DNA from: a virus
Lineage: Duplodnaviria; Caudoviricetes
DNA length: 64,000 nucleotides
Direction: 5' to 3' (one strand)
Virus record (IMG/VR): IMGVR_UViG_3300031555_004294
Span: 32,001-96,000 of that record
Positions 10,173 to 19,776 of the stretch are shown here, in pieces. Positions within the stretch are counted from its first letter, which is position 1; each line of letters begins with the position of its first letter. The notes under the pieces were generated by a model that saw nothing but the letters and a program-made list of their open reading frames with translations, was not told where the DNA came from and searched no databases. The position numbers were made by a program, and so were the translations under genes.

Positions 10173-10544
10173 ATGTTTGAAATTGCAACTAGAAAGAAGT
10201 TTAGATTCCCCTTTAGAGGTATGGTAAGTGTTGAGGATCTTTGGGATCTTAAGGTAGAAGATCTCGATAGTATTTTCAAGACTCTTAACTCTCAGAAGAA
10301 GCAAATCAATGAAGAAAGTCTGCTTCACACTCAGACCGAAGCAGATGTAGAACTCAACCAGAAGATTGAGATTGTCAAGCACATTGTTTCTGTTAAGCTC
10401 GCTGAAGCTAAGGCAAGAACTGAAGCTAAGGCAAAGAAGGAACAGAAGCAGAAGATTATGGCTATCATGGAAGCAAAGAAGAATGAAGCTCTTGAAGGTA
10501 AAACTATTGAAGAGCTTGAAGCTATGCTTACTGAACTTGATTAA
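10173..10544 (+). CDS. Conserved phage coiled-coil protein
   Basis: MFEIATRKKFRFPFRGMVSVEDLWDL; SD AAAGGAG; phage-like codon usage. Confidence 0.7.
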   Translation: MFEIATRKKFRFPFRGMVSVEDLWDLKVEDLDSIFKTLNSQKKQINEESLLHTQTEADVELNQKIEIVKHIVSVKLAEAKARTEAKAKKEQKQKIMAIMEAKKNEALEGKTIEELEAMLTELD

Positions 10545-10552
10545 AAACTTTA

Positions 10553-10588
10553 GAAGGTTACCTAGAAATAGGTAACCTTCCTTTTTTT
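10553..10588 (+). terminator. Rho-independent terminator
   Basis: GAAGGTTACCTA / TAGGTAACCTTC stem plus T7. Confidence 0.8.
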
Positions 10589-10626
10589 AAACTTGATAGA
10601 TATTAGAAAGGAACTATAGATAAAAC

Positions 10627-10872
10627 ATGCCAAAAATGAAAGTTTACAGCTTTAAAGAAGCACAACGGATTGTATATAAGAATGGTTGGAAATTAGTTAG
10701 GATGAATGGTGATCACTTCTATTACAAAAAAGAAGGCAATCCAAGGCTCTTAACCCTAAGTCTAAACTTAAATCGAATGATTTGGCAACGGCTTATTAAA
10801 GAATTTGATATAAATTTGAATTGTAAGAAGAAAAAAGAAAATGAAGAAACTATCAAAGAAACAACTATTTGA
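10627..10872 (+). CDS. hicA: HicA/YcfA-like dsRBD-fold protein
   Basis: EAQRIVYKNGWKLVRMNGDHFYYKK matches the HicA GW...R..G.H pattern. Confidence 0.7.
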   Translation: MPKMKVYSFKEAQRIVYKNGWKLVRMNGDHFYYKKEGNPRLLTLSLNLNRMIWQRLIKEFDINLNCKKKKENEETIKETTI

Positions 10873-11323
10873 TCTACGATTCAAGTACTCTAATATAAAG
10901 CCACTTACTATAAGAAGTAAAAATATCAAGAATGGTGAATGGTGGAGATATAAAAAATATTGGGATGATCTTTGTGCATTTTCAACATTACCTGAAGACT
11001 TCATAAGAGAATATATAGATGTGGTAAATTGGAGGTTTATTTCAATTCGTCAAGATCTCTCTGAAGATTTCATAAGAGAATTCCAAGATAAAGTAGATTG
11101 GGAGTGTATTTCTATCAATCAAGATCTCTCTGAAGATTTCATAAGAGAATTCCAAGATAAAGTAGATTGGAAGATAATTTCTGAGTGTTGTATACTTTCA
11201 GAAGACTTCATTAGAGAAATGAAAGACAAAATAAAATGGAAATATGCTTATACTATAAACTTTATTTCCAGAGAATTTAGACGAGAAATGAGAGAGGAAG
11301 GGTATATTCCAAGTGGAGATTAA
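10841..11323 (+). CDS. Tryptophan-repeat family protein
   Basis: LSKKQLFDLRFKY leader; four L(S/P)EDFIRE..D.V.W repeats. Confidence 0.75.
   Translation: MKKLSKKQLFDLRFKYSNIKPLTIRSKNIKNGEWWRYKKYWDDLCAFSTLPEDFIREYIDVVNWRFISIRQDLSEDFIREFQDKVDWECISINQDLSEDFIREFQDKVDWKIISECCILSEDFIREMKDKIKWKYAYTINFISREFRREMREEGYIPSGD
11050..11170 (+). repeat. Exact 52-nt direct repeat, period 69 nt (one 23-aa Trp repeat unit)
   Basis: TCAAGATCTCTCTGAAGATTTCATAAGAGAATTCCAAGATAAAGTAGATTGG at 11050 and 11119. Confidence 0.9.
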
Positions 11324-11585
11324 CTTAACAAAACAACAAATATTCAATCTACAAATTAAATGGTCATATATCTATCCAATAAATTTTAATAATAGTGCAG
11401 TTAAAAACTGGTGGGAACACCAATTTAATTGGAATCTTATTTCTTTGAAGAAAGACTTACCTGAAGGATTTCTAAGAGAATTTAAAGAACATCTCAATTG
11501 GGATATTATAAAAACTAATTACAGTTTACTCTATACTCTATCAGTAGAATTCAAAAAAGAATTGATGCAAGAAGGATATATTTGA
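11313..11585 (+). CDS. Tryptophan-repeat family protein
   Basis: LTKQQIFNLQIKW leader; LPEGFLREFKEHLNW. Confidence 0.7.
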   Translation: MEINLTKQQIFNLQIKWSYIYPINFNNSAVKNWWEHQFNWNLISLKKDLPEGFLREFKEHLNWDIIKTNYSLLYTLSVEFKKELMQEGYI

Positions 11586-11707
11586 TAGCAAGAAAAAAAA
11601 TAGTAAGTTCCAATAAAACTTACTATTTTTTTTTTCTATGTTCCCGATGCCAAAAAAAAAAGTAATAAGAAGGTGAAGATAACCTATTACTTTTTCTATC
11701 ATTAATT

Positions 11708-12259
11708 TTAACTACATAATTTTTCTAAGTATACTTTGTATTCTTTATCATAAAACATAAAGAACTCTCTAATAAACTTTTTCACAGTTTCAGGATCTAC
11801 TGTAATATTTCCTCTATTAAGTATGTACTCAAGTATAGGTTTGTTACCATATGCAAGTGTATAATTAACAACAGACTCAGTAATTTCAACATTTCGCTTC
11901 TCTACAAAATACTTAAACCAATCAAGTGACTTTCTGTCAATACAACCAGTTAATGCTATAGATAGTAATTCTTTTTCTTCACAAACAGTACCATACTTAT
12001 CAAGCCAATAAATTACATTTTCAAATTTACCATTGATAGCTGCAACTGTCAGATGGTTGTCATCACCAATATGAGGATCACATCCATATTTAACTAGCAA
12101 TTCTGCTTCTTCAAAACTACCATATGCTAATGCTCTTGTAAGTGCAACTGGTATGTATGTGTAATAGGTTGCCTTACCAGTCTTTAATACCTCCTCAATC
12201 TTTTTAAGATTATGTGTGTCTAATACTTTCATAAGTTGTTGGTCGTCTTTAGATAACAT
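11708..12259 (-). CDS. Ankyrin-repeat protein
   Basis: ALAYGSFEEAELLVKYGCD, LTVAAINGKFENVIYWL; likely start ATG 12259 after SD AAAGGAG. Confidence 0.7.
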   Translation of the reverse strand: MLSKDDQQLMKVLDTHNLKKIEEVLKTGKATYYTYIPVALTRALAYGSFEEAELLVKYGCDPHIGDDNHLTVAAINGKFENVIYWLDKYGTVCEEKELLSIALTGCIDRKSLDWFKYFVEKRNVEITESVVNYTLAYGNKPILEYILNRGNITVDPETVKKFIREFFMFYDKEYKVYLEKLCS

Positions 12260-12389
12260 AATACATCTCTCCTTTTCATGATAAAAATTATTCCATTTAC
12301 AAGGTAAAGATATATAGATATAAACACTCAAAATACGTTATTTGAAAAATTTGAGATATAACCCAATACAGGTTATATCTCAAATAAAA

Positions 12390-13238
12390 TTACTTTACGA
12401 CTTGATTGTAAAGAGGAGTATAAACTTGAATCCAATGTTTCATAATTGGCATTTGCTCAGAAATGTAGTTATTTGCCTTTACATTTTTGACAACATTGTC
12501 ATACATATTCTTTAATTGGTTGGGATGTTTAACAAATACACCACTCTTAGTATCAAGTCTAAAGAATTCATCAACCTCAGATTCAGATAATGCAGGGAAG
12601 AATGCTTTACCTTCAGCTTTAGCTTTCTTTCTCCATTCTTGATACTTCTTATTGTATTCTTTATTCGTTTGCATTTGTTCTTTAACTCTTGCAAAGACAT
12701 CTCTAATACCTTCAGCTAGAATTTTCGTATCTTCTTTAACTGGTTGTAGAGTAACTTGAGGAGTAACAGGTAGTTCTGCAGTTTTCTCATCAGACATATT
12801 ACGAGCATTTCCTTTATATCTAGCTTCTAAACGGAAATAGTAAACATGCTCATCAAGCTTAGATCTAACATCACTAGGTAGGCTTTCATCCTTACCTGCA
12901 GCTTCATAAAGAGCCATCAAATGACAGAACATTTCATTTACAGATTGTGTCATCTGTTCCTCAGTATAAGACTGTCCATATTCACAGGATACTACTAAAA
13001 AAGTTTCACTTGGATCATTAGCAGTACTGTCTAAAACAGTCTTAAGATCTTTAGGCGCGTGACCTAACATCATCATCATTTCTGCAACTTCATCTACAAA
13101 AGCATCTAGTCTTTGATAGTAGTCTTGAGCTAGAAAATGTTTCCCATCAAAGTTCTTACCCTTAATCTTCCAATGTAATGCTCGCATATTGTAAGAGTAA
13201 AGAACCAGTGCATTAAAAATTTTTACTAAATGTGCCAT
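12390..13238 (-). CDS. dps: Dps/ferritin-like protein with C-terminal extension
   Basis: HWKIKGKNFDGKH...DEVAEMMMMLG matches the Dps ferroxidase signature; likely start ATG 13238. Confidence 0.75.
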   Translation of the reverse strand: MAHLVKIFNALVLYSYNMRALHWKIKGKNFDGKHFLAQDYYQRLDAFVDEVAEMMMMLGHAPKDLKTVLDSTANDPSETFLVVSCEYGQSYTEEQMTQSVNEMFCHLMALYEAAGKDESLPSDVRSKLDEHVYYFRLEARYKGNARNMSDEKTAELPVTPQVTLQPVKEDTKILAEGIRDVFARVKEQMQTNKEYNKKYQEWRKKAKAEGKAFFPALSESEVDEFFRLDTKSGVFVKHPNQLKNMYDNVVKNVKANNYISEQMPIMKHWIQVYTPLYNQVVK

Positions 13239-13351
13239 ATATCTTTTGTACCTTCCTTTCTTGAAGATCAATTTATAAATTTGTTGAACCGTACAAAGTA
13301 TTTTTTAAATATATATCCTAGATTTACATAAAAACAAAGGAGGCTATTAAA

Positions 13352-13702
13352 GTGAATGAATCTAAAGCTGTTAACGATATTTTCAAAAGATTTGAATTTG
13401 ACTTAACATTCAAATACAATCCTGCGTATTTTCTAATTAATGATAGAAGTGAGTTATATTTATTATGGATTTACGTTACTAAATTCTTAAAAATTTCTAC
13501 TAATGAAGCCTATATCGACCACTTACTATATACATCGGCTAAGTTTAAAGCATTTAGTTGTATCTTTTATATAGACTTTCTAAATAGACGATCTGATGTT
13601 TACTCAAAGAGTTATGCAATTGAACGAAAGAATTTAAAAATGGAAATGACATCTACTCTACCAGAATATTTTACAGTTTTAGCTACCTATAAGTTTGACT
13701 AA
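13352..13702 (+). CDS. Hypothetical protein
   Basis: GTG start with SD AAAGGAGG; early-type motif at 13308. Confidence 0.6.
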   Translation: MNESKAVNDIFKRFEFDLTFKYNPAYFLINDRSELYLLWIYVTKFLKISTNEAYIDHLLYTSAKFKAFSCIFYIDFLNRRSDVYSKSYAIERKNLKMEMTSTLPEYFTVLATYKFD

Positions 13703-13821
13703 ATCTTTAATTTAAAAGGAAGTATCAGAATTATAGATACTTTCTTTTTTTAATTTTAAAGTAGAAATGTAAAAATACATTAAAAATCCACATACTTATA
13801 AGGAAAGGAAATTAGTTTAAA

Positions 13822-14124
13822 ATGAGCGAATTAAGACCTTTAAATGACAATGTTATCGTAATCCCCTATATTCAAAAAGAAACTGAAAGCGGTATAGTAC
13901 TTCCTTCAAAATTAGTAGAGACGGAGGTTCCTGCATTCCATATTGTATCTTCTGTTGGTCCAAAAGTAAGAAACAAAGATATTAAAGAAGGTGCAGTTGT
14001 AATTATTCCTAAAAGAACTGGAAAATGGGTACCTTTTGAGGGATTTAAGTATATAATGGTCAACGAATCAGATATTCTGGCAGTTGTAGAAGGTGCTACT
14101 TATGAAAAAATGCCAGAGAATTAA
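13822..14124 (+). CDS. groES: GroES-like co-chaperonin
   Basis: LRPLNDNVIV, ETESGIVLP, VGPK, ESDILAVV. Confidence 0.88.
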   Translation: MSELRPLNDNVIVIPYIQKETESGIVLPSKLVETEVPAFHIVSSVGPKVRNKDIKEGAVVIIPKRTGKWVPFEGFKYIMVNESDILAVVEGATYEKMPEN

Positions 14125-14148
14125 ATAGAAAGAGAGGAAATAAGTAAA

Positions 14149-14952
14149 ATGGTCAATCAAATAGACAATGACTTTAACTTGTTTCAGCCAACTGAAACAG
14201 AACGTGCTGATCTTTTAGCAAAATTATCAGATGATATCATTACTTCTAACATTGAAGAACAGTTAAAGACAACTATGGTTAACTCTGCAATATACAATGA
14301 TATGCTTGCTGTATTTGAAACACGTTTTCAATTTATAACACAGTTCTATCCAGAAGATGAAATAATCATTGAAAGATGTAAAGATATTAGAAAAAGTGTT
14401 TACAAAAAGATCTATGATGCATTAGCAGAACGTTTTTCAATTTCATCTGAGCTTAGTAATAACTTAGACAGCGATGATTTCTTTTTTTATACTAGAGAAC
14501 TGTATAATTTCCTAGTTCTAAAGTATAAGAATAACCTCATCAATTTCTTTGTCAGTTACTTGTACTCACATAAAAAAGACTTAATCGTAAACTATGTCGA
14601 TGAAGAAGAAAAGAAAGATTTAATGTTCAAGTCTTTAAAGAAATCTTTAAGTAATCCTGATAATATCACACTTCTTTATAACATCGAGGAAATCATAGAG
14701 AACATATCTCAATACAATGATGAACCAGAATCTATTGTGGAAGAAATTATAAGTACTGATGAGTATGAAGCTACTAATTTTGCAATGAAAGAGTTACTTG
14801 TTGAAAACAAGTTTAACACTTACTTGGAAAAGATGTTCATTGAAGAGTACTTTAAACCTATCAATGATGATGACTTCAAATATGATCTGTATTCTTCCAT
14901 TAGAATTGACTTAATCACTCTGCTAAGACATGAAGAAAGTAGAAAGGTATAA
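14149..14952 (+). CDS. Hypothetical protein
   Basis: 267-aa ORF in operon with groES. Confidence 0.65.
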   Translation: MVNQIDNDFNLFQPTETERADLLAKLSDDIITSNIEEQLKTTMVNSAIYNDMLAVFETRFQFITQFYPEDEIIIERCKDIRKSVYKKIYDALAERFSISSELSNNLDSDDFFFYTRELYNFLVLKYKNNLINFFVSYLYSHKKDLIVNYVDEEEKKDLMFKSLKKSLSNPDNITLLYNIEEIIENISQYNDEPESIVEEIISTDEYEATNFAMKELLVENKFNTYLEKMFIEEYFKPINDDDFKYDLYSSIRIDLITLLRHEESRKV

Positions 14953-14958
14953 TAGTTT

Positions 14959-15681
14959 ATGGGTAGCAAAAAAAGAAGTAAATTCGTACAACAACAAAAA
15001 TATAATCGACATTTACAAAATAAGTCTGCATCGAACATGAATCATGCTATCAATAAAACTAATCGTAAGATAGCACAGTACAAACAGGATTACGAAGAAT
15101 CTGTTAATGCTATCATAGGTGACTTTATTAGAGAAAACAATTTAGACCCTGAAAAGATTCCTAACAATTCCAGAATCATTATTTTTGAATTGCTTAGAAA
15201 GAACGTTCAGAACAAACTTGATATGTACACTCAATATATTGCAGAACATCAAGAAGATGAAAATATCAAGGAATTCTATGATGCTCAAACTGTTTGTACT
15301 GAAGCTTTAGAACAGATTGACTGGATCTATGATTGGACTAGACCTTTGAAAAATGATAAATATCATCTGTACGATGGATATGAAGAATTGCTTGATAAGG
15401 CTAGCGAGAAACTAGAAAATAGTGGAAAGAAATTTGAATCTCTAAAGTCTGTTCTTGAAGTTATTGAAAATACAAATGTAGATTGTATTAAACACCTGTT
15501 ACATTATAGATTTTACCAGTTCTGTTACTTTATTGAGCAGAATGATGTTGACAGGTATTACATTTACATTTCAAATACCATTAAAAACCTCCTAATTTTA
15601 GATAGTACGGATCCTCTTGTAGAATTTTTAGTAAAAGACTTTAAGAAAGATGTCGATAATACTGAAGAATGCGAGAATTAA
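14959..15681 (+). CDS. Hypothetical protein
   Basis: 240-aa ORF in operon. Confidence 0.65.
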   Translation: MGSKKRSKFVQQQKYNRHLQNKSASNMNHAINKTNRKIAQYKQDYEESVNAIIGDFIRENNLDPEKIPNNSRIIIFELLRKNVQNKLDMYTQYIAEHQEDENIKEFYDAQTVCTEALEQIDWIYDWTRPLKNDKYHLYDGYEELLDKASEKLENSGKKFESLKSVLEVIENTNVDCIKHLLHYRFYQFCYFIEQNDVDRYYIYISNTIKNLLILDSTDPLVEFLVKDFKKDVDNTEECEN

Positions 15682-15687
15682 TTAACT

Positions 15688-16479
15688 ATGACTTATACCT
15701 TTTTAAAACAAGAAGAAGATAAAGTTGTATTTGTAGGCAATAGACTAGATATTTACCTCCCTAAATCTTATTTTGATGAAGATATGCTTGCTGAAGAACT
15801 TGGAACTCAGATCAAGACTATAGCTTGCTTTGTAATGCGTTATTATAAAGACCCTGACAGTACTAAGTATGAAACTTATCAGCTATCTTTACCAGAAGAT
15901 ATTACTTTTTCATTTTCTGAGTTCAAAGATAATGTTAAAGAAGTATTAGTTGAGAGGAATTTTAATGAAGATGGAATAGATGAAGAACTTGATAGTGATG
16001 ATGAAGTAGAAGATAGTTATAAGATTTTTACTCTTTATCAAAATGACATTTTCATCAATAATCTTAACCATGCAAAAAGCTATAAAAACACAGAAAAGTT
16101 ATTAAAGTTACATCAGAAGGGAAAACTCCCAAAAATGATTAAGTATAGTGACTTTATTAAACTTTATCTAGAAAACATGGAAACAAATAGTACTGATTTA
16201 CAGGTTCCTTCATTAATTCTAGAAATGACTATTTCTGAGTTAGCAAGGTATAAGCAAAATCCAGAAATTCCATTTAGACAAGTTATAGGAAAATCTAATT
16301 CAAAGATTTCAGAATTAGATTACAAGCAGGCATCTATTAAGGAATTAGCTATGCTTTCCTCCTCATTTACAGCTATGACTAGTGAAAACATTAACAAAGC
16401 GATTGTATATTCTGTTTCTAAATCCAGAGATGGCGGAAAAGAAGCAGAAACTCCAATCGAACCAACCATAAAGTACTAA
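15688..16479 (+). CDS. Putative RNA polymerase beta-prime C-terminal fragment (split phage RNAP subunit)
   Basis: ILEMTISELAR and SIKELAMLSSSFTAMTSENINKAI resemble the beta-prime C-terminal HIE.IVRQM and GIT.ASL..SF.SAASFQET segments. Confidence 0.5.
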   Translation: MTYTFLKQEEDKVVFVGNRLDIYLPKSYFDEDMLAEELGTQIKTIACFVMRYYKDPDSTKYETYQLSLPEDITFSFSEFKDNVKEVLVERNFNEDGIDEELDSDDEVEDSYKIFTLYQNDIFINNLNHAKSYKNTEKLLKLHQKGKLPKMIKYSDFIKLYLENMETNSTDLQVPSLILEMTISELARYKQNPEIPFRQVIGKSNSKISELDYKQASIKELAMLSSSFTAMTSENINKAIVYSVSKSRDGGKEAETPIEPTIKY

Positions 16480-16540
16480 TAACATTTAAACTTCGATTAT
16501 TCTTTTTTTAGAATAATCGAAGTTTTTATCATTTTTTCAG

Positions 16541-16614
16541 AACAAGATATTAGATTTATTCTCCTAGTTTTATGAATTCTATGAAAAGTTCTCATTCGTT
16601 TCAACAAATATATA
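16541..16614 (+). promoter_or_regulatory. Two AR9-type late promoter motifs upstream of tail sheath
   Basis: AACA-AGATAT-TA (16541) and AACA-AATATA-TA (16603). Confidence 0.55.
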
Positions 16615-16730
16615 AAACTTTATAAACTGCTATAACTTTATAAAATTTATGACAAAAAAAGAAAGGAGGTTTCTGCTGTATAATATAAAATAAACAACTA
16701 CATTATATTTTTAACAGCAGGAAATTTTAT

Positions 16731-19658
16731 ATGGCAATTAGTTATGTACATCCTTCTGTAAGCAGTACTATTACTGACAATTCTACTACGTATATTACTG
16801 CTTCAGGAACTACTAAATTATTCGCTGTTTTTACTTCTGAAAAGGGTATTGACAATGAAATCCAAACTATAACTTCTGCTTCTGAGTTTATTTTTAACTA
16901 TGGCGAACCTAACATGAAGCTATATGGTCAGGCTGGTTACAATATTGTTAACTGGTTGAATGCTGGCGGTGCTGTATATTGCTTACGTGTTCTTCCTGAA
17001 GATGCTGGCTATGCAAATGCTATTGTTAACATTCAGACTAAGAAAACCCAGAAAGAAGTATTAGATGTTAATGGTGAGCTTGTAGTTGTAGATAATGTCG
17101 AGTTACGTCCTTGCATTACTTATACTAACCTTAACAATACGTCTAAAACGGAAATTGAGTCTGAATTAAGACGTGTCACTGCTGAAACTATTGATGGTTA
17201 TACAAACAATATGCTGTTTGCAGTAATTCCAAATGGTAGAGGTAAGGGATATAATAACTTAGGTTTCAGATTTAGCTTAACTGAAGCTTATGATTCTACT
17301 TACGAATTCCGTCTTTATAATTTTGAAGTAACACAAACTTCTAGTACTGGTAGTGTATCTGTTATTCAAGGTCCTTTCCTTGTTTCTTTAGATCCTGATG
17401 CTATGTCTAACAGTGGTAGTTCTTTCTTTATCACTGACGTAATCGACAACTACTGTGATTACTTCACAGTTATCTTCAATGAAGACAACTATGAGAAATT
17501 AGCTAAGCTTATCAATCCTGAAGTTCATCCTAATAAGATTGACTTTTTCAGTGGTTTAAGTCGTCAGATTAATGGTGAGTACGAAACTTATTATGATGAG
17601 CGTACCAACAAGGAAGAAGATATTCATATGTCTGTTATCAGATATACTGATGATGGCAAAGCTACCAATGAGCGTAATATCATCGATGCTTCTGATGCTA
17701 TTGAGAATTCTATTGCATTGATCGACAATGCTTATCGTAATGAACAGTATGAACGTTATAATGAATCTTTTGAGCGTTCTAAAGAAGTTTTAAGTATTAT
17801 CAAGAAATTTGAAGATGCATCTACTCGTAAAGTTGCATATAATAACATTGAACTAGATACAATTAAAGACGAAAATGGTAAAGCATATACGCTTGATGCT
17901 GGTGTTGCAGCTTTTGAAGCTGATAATTCTGTAGCAGAAGCATATGATGTCTTTGAAGTTGCTAAGGGCGAATTAACTAATGATGTTTCTGAAGCTACTT
18001 ACAATATTGCTAATGCAGAAGTTTATGCTCTATCCGTTTGCATTAATGCTTTAGTCGATCAGCTTTATGAATTATTTGACTATGCAAGAATTAGTCAAGG
18101 TGTAGATGATTCTCATGCATCTACTGTTGCTACTCTTTTAACAGATCTTCAAACTGTTGAAGGTAAACTTAAGTCCATGACTGTTGCTGAACTTAATTGC
18201 AATAAGCATAAGAATACTGTTTCTGAGCTTTCTGAAACCTTTAACAATCTGAATGTTAATTCAATTAACTCTGAAAAAGAAGAATTTATTTATGAGGTCA
18301 TTGGAAAAGTTGAAAGTATCTTAGCAACAATCAAGAATATTTCTGATGCGGTTGAGGGTTCTTCTAATACCTTTGCAGATAGCCATTTAGAAGAAGTAGA
18401 AACTGCTCTAAATGTAATTAAGACTGATTATGATACTCTCACTGATGATTATACAACTGCTGTTGATTATGAGATTTCATTAGAATCTGCATGGAGAACC
18501 ATTAGAAATCTGTTAAAGGTTGAGTCTCTCTATTTTACAATTAATCTTGCACTTTTAGAGAATAAATCTGTTGCTTACAATGAGCTTAAAGAGCCATTAA
18601 ATAGCTTAAAGGCAAGAGTTGTTTCCTTCATTAATACTGTCAAGTCTGAAATCGGTGGTTTCGATTATGCGGCTGCTAAAACTTCTATCGTTTCCATCCA
18701 GAAGGATACAACCGATAAGAAGCAGGAAACCTACTACACAGTTTCTCAGAACTTTGATAACTATGTATCTCTACTTTACGGTACCGATGGTTCTATAGAA
18801 GATGTTTCTTATAGAGATCATGCAGTTGAGAAACTAATCATTGAAGGCTATAAGGGTATGATTGATGACTCCTTAACTGATAAGGAACAGTGGCCCATCG
18901 ACATGGTTCTTGACGCTAACTACTCTGCTAATATTAAGAGTGCAATTGCTGTTCTTTGTACTGAACTTCGTACTGACTTTATGGGTATTCTTGATACTGA
19001 GTTACAAGCAACTCCTGGTGATGCTATCAACTATAGAAAGAGTTCCATCAACTTCAACAACTATCGTCTTGCTATCTTTACTCAGGACTTTGTTGTTTCC
19101 GATAGTGAATATACTGGTAATGAGATTAGAATAACTCCTACTTATTTCCTTGCGTCCAAGATTCCTTCTAATGATAACACTAATGGTATCCATTGGAATT
19201 TTGTTGGTCCTCGTCGTGGTACTGTTACTGGCTTTAAGTCTGTTTCCTTCTTACCTAATGTTGAGTGGAGAGAAAGACTATATAACGCACAGATTAACTA
19301 TGTACAACAGGATCAGATTTCTACTAGATTCAACTCTCAGTTAACCTCTCAGCACAGTGTTTCTGCACTGTCTAATATTAGCTGTGTACGTACTCTTCTC
19401 AGAATTCAGCGTGATGTTGAAGATTTAATGAAGAACTACCAGTTTGAATTCAATGATTCTGTAACTATTACCAACGCACAGACCGATCTTAGTGCTTATC
19501 TGAATAAATGGATTGCTAACCGTGCTTGTGATTCTATCTCTGGTACTGTTTATGCATCCGACTATGATAGACAACAGAAGCTTCTTCGTGTTAAGGTTGA
19601 ACTTACCTTCAATTCTATCATCGAACGTATCGCTATTGACCTGGTTGTCAATGCATAA
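16731..19658 (+). CDS. Contractile tail sheath protein
   Basis: YVHPSV N-terminus, YGEPN...GGAVYCLRV, C-terminal GPRRG, LYNAQINY, FEFND, IERIAIDLVV sheath features. Confidence 0.88.
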   Translation: MAISYVHPSVSSTITDNSTTYITASGTTKLFAVFTSEKGIDNEIQTITSASEFIFNYGEPNMKLYGQAGYNIVNWLNAGGAVYCLRVLPEDAGYANAIVNIQTKKTQKEVLDVNGELVVVDNVELRPCITYTNLNNTSKTEIESELRRVTAETIDGYTNNMLFAVIPNGRGKGYNNLGFRFSLTEAYDSTYEFRLYNFEVTQTSSTGSVSVIQGPFLVSLDPDAMSNSGSSFFITDVIDNYCDYFTVIFNEDNYEKLAKLINPEVHPNKIDFFSGLSRQINGEYETYYDERTNKEEDIHMSVIRYTDDGKATNERNIIDASDAIENSIALIDNAYRNEQYERYNESFERSKEVLSIIKKFEDASTRKVAYNNIELDTIKDENGKAYTLDAGVAAFEADNSVAEAYDVFEVAKGELTNDVSEATYNIANAEVYALSVCINALVDQLYELFDYARISQGVDDSHASTVATLLTDLQTVEGKLKSMTVAELNCNKHKNTVSELSETFNNLNVNSINSEKEEFIYEVIGKVESILATIKNISDAVEGSSNTFADSHLEEVETALNVIKTDYDTLTDDYTTAVDYEISLESAWRTIRNLLKVESLYFTINLALLENKSVAYNELKEPLNSLKARVVSFINTVKSEIGGFDYAAAKTSIVSIQKDTTDKKQETYYTVSQNFDNYVSLLYGTDGSIEDVSYRDHAVEKLIIEGYKGMIDDSLTDKEQWPIDMVLDANYSANIKSAIAVLCTELRTDFMGILDTELQATPGDAINYRKSSINFNNYRLAIFTQDFVVSDSEYTGNEIRITPTYFLASKIPSNDNTNGIHWNFVGPRRGTVTGFKSVSFLPNVEWRERLYNAQINYVQQDQISTRFNSQLTSQHSVSALSNISCVRTLLRIQRDVEDLMKNYQFEFNDSVTITNAQTDLSAYLNKWIANRACDSISGTVYASDYDRQQKLLRVKVELTFNSIIERIAIDLVVNA

Positions 19659-19776
19659 TTTTATGAACTAATTATTAGAGCCAATAATTATAATTGGGAG
19701 GATAGAAGATTAAACTTTTCTATCCTCCCATGATTAAAATTCTAAATTAAAAATTTGAAAGGAGATTTTCCTATAT

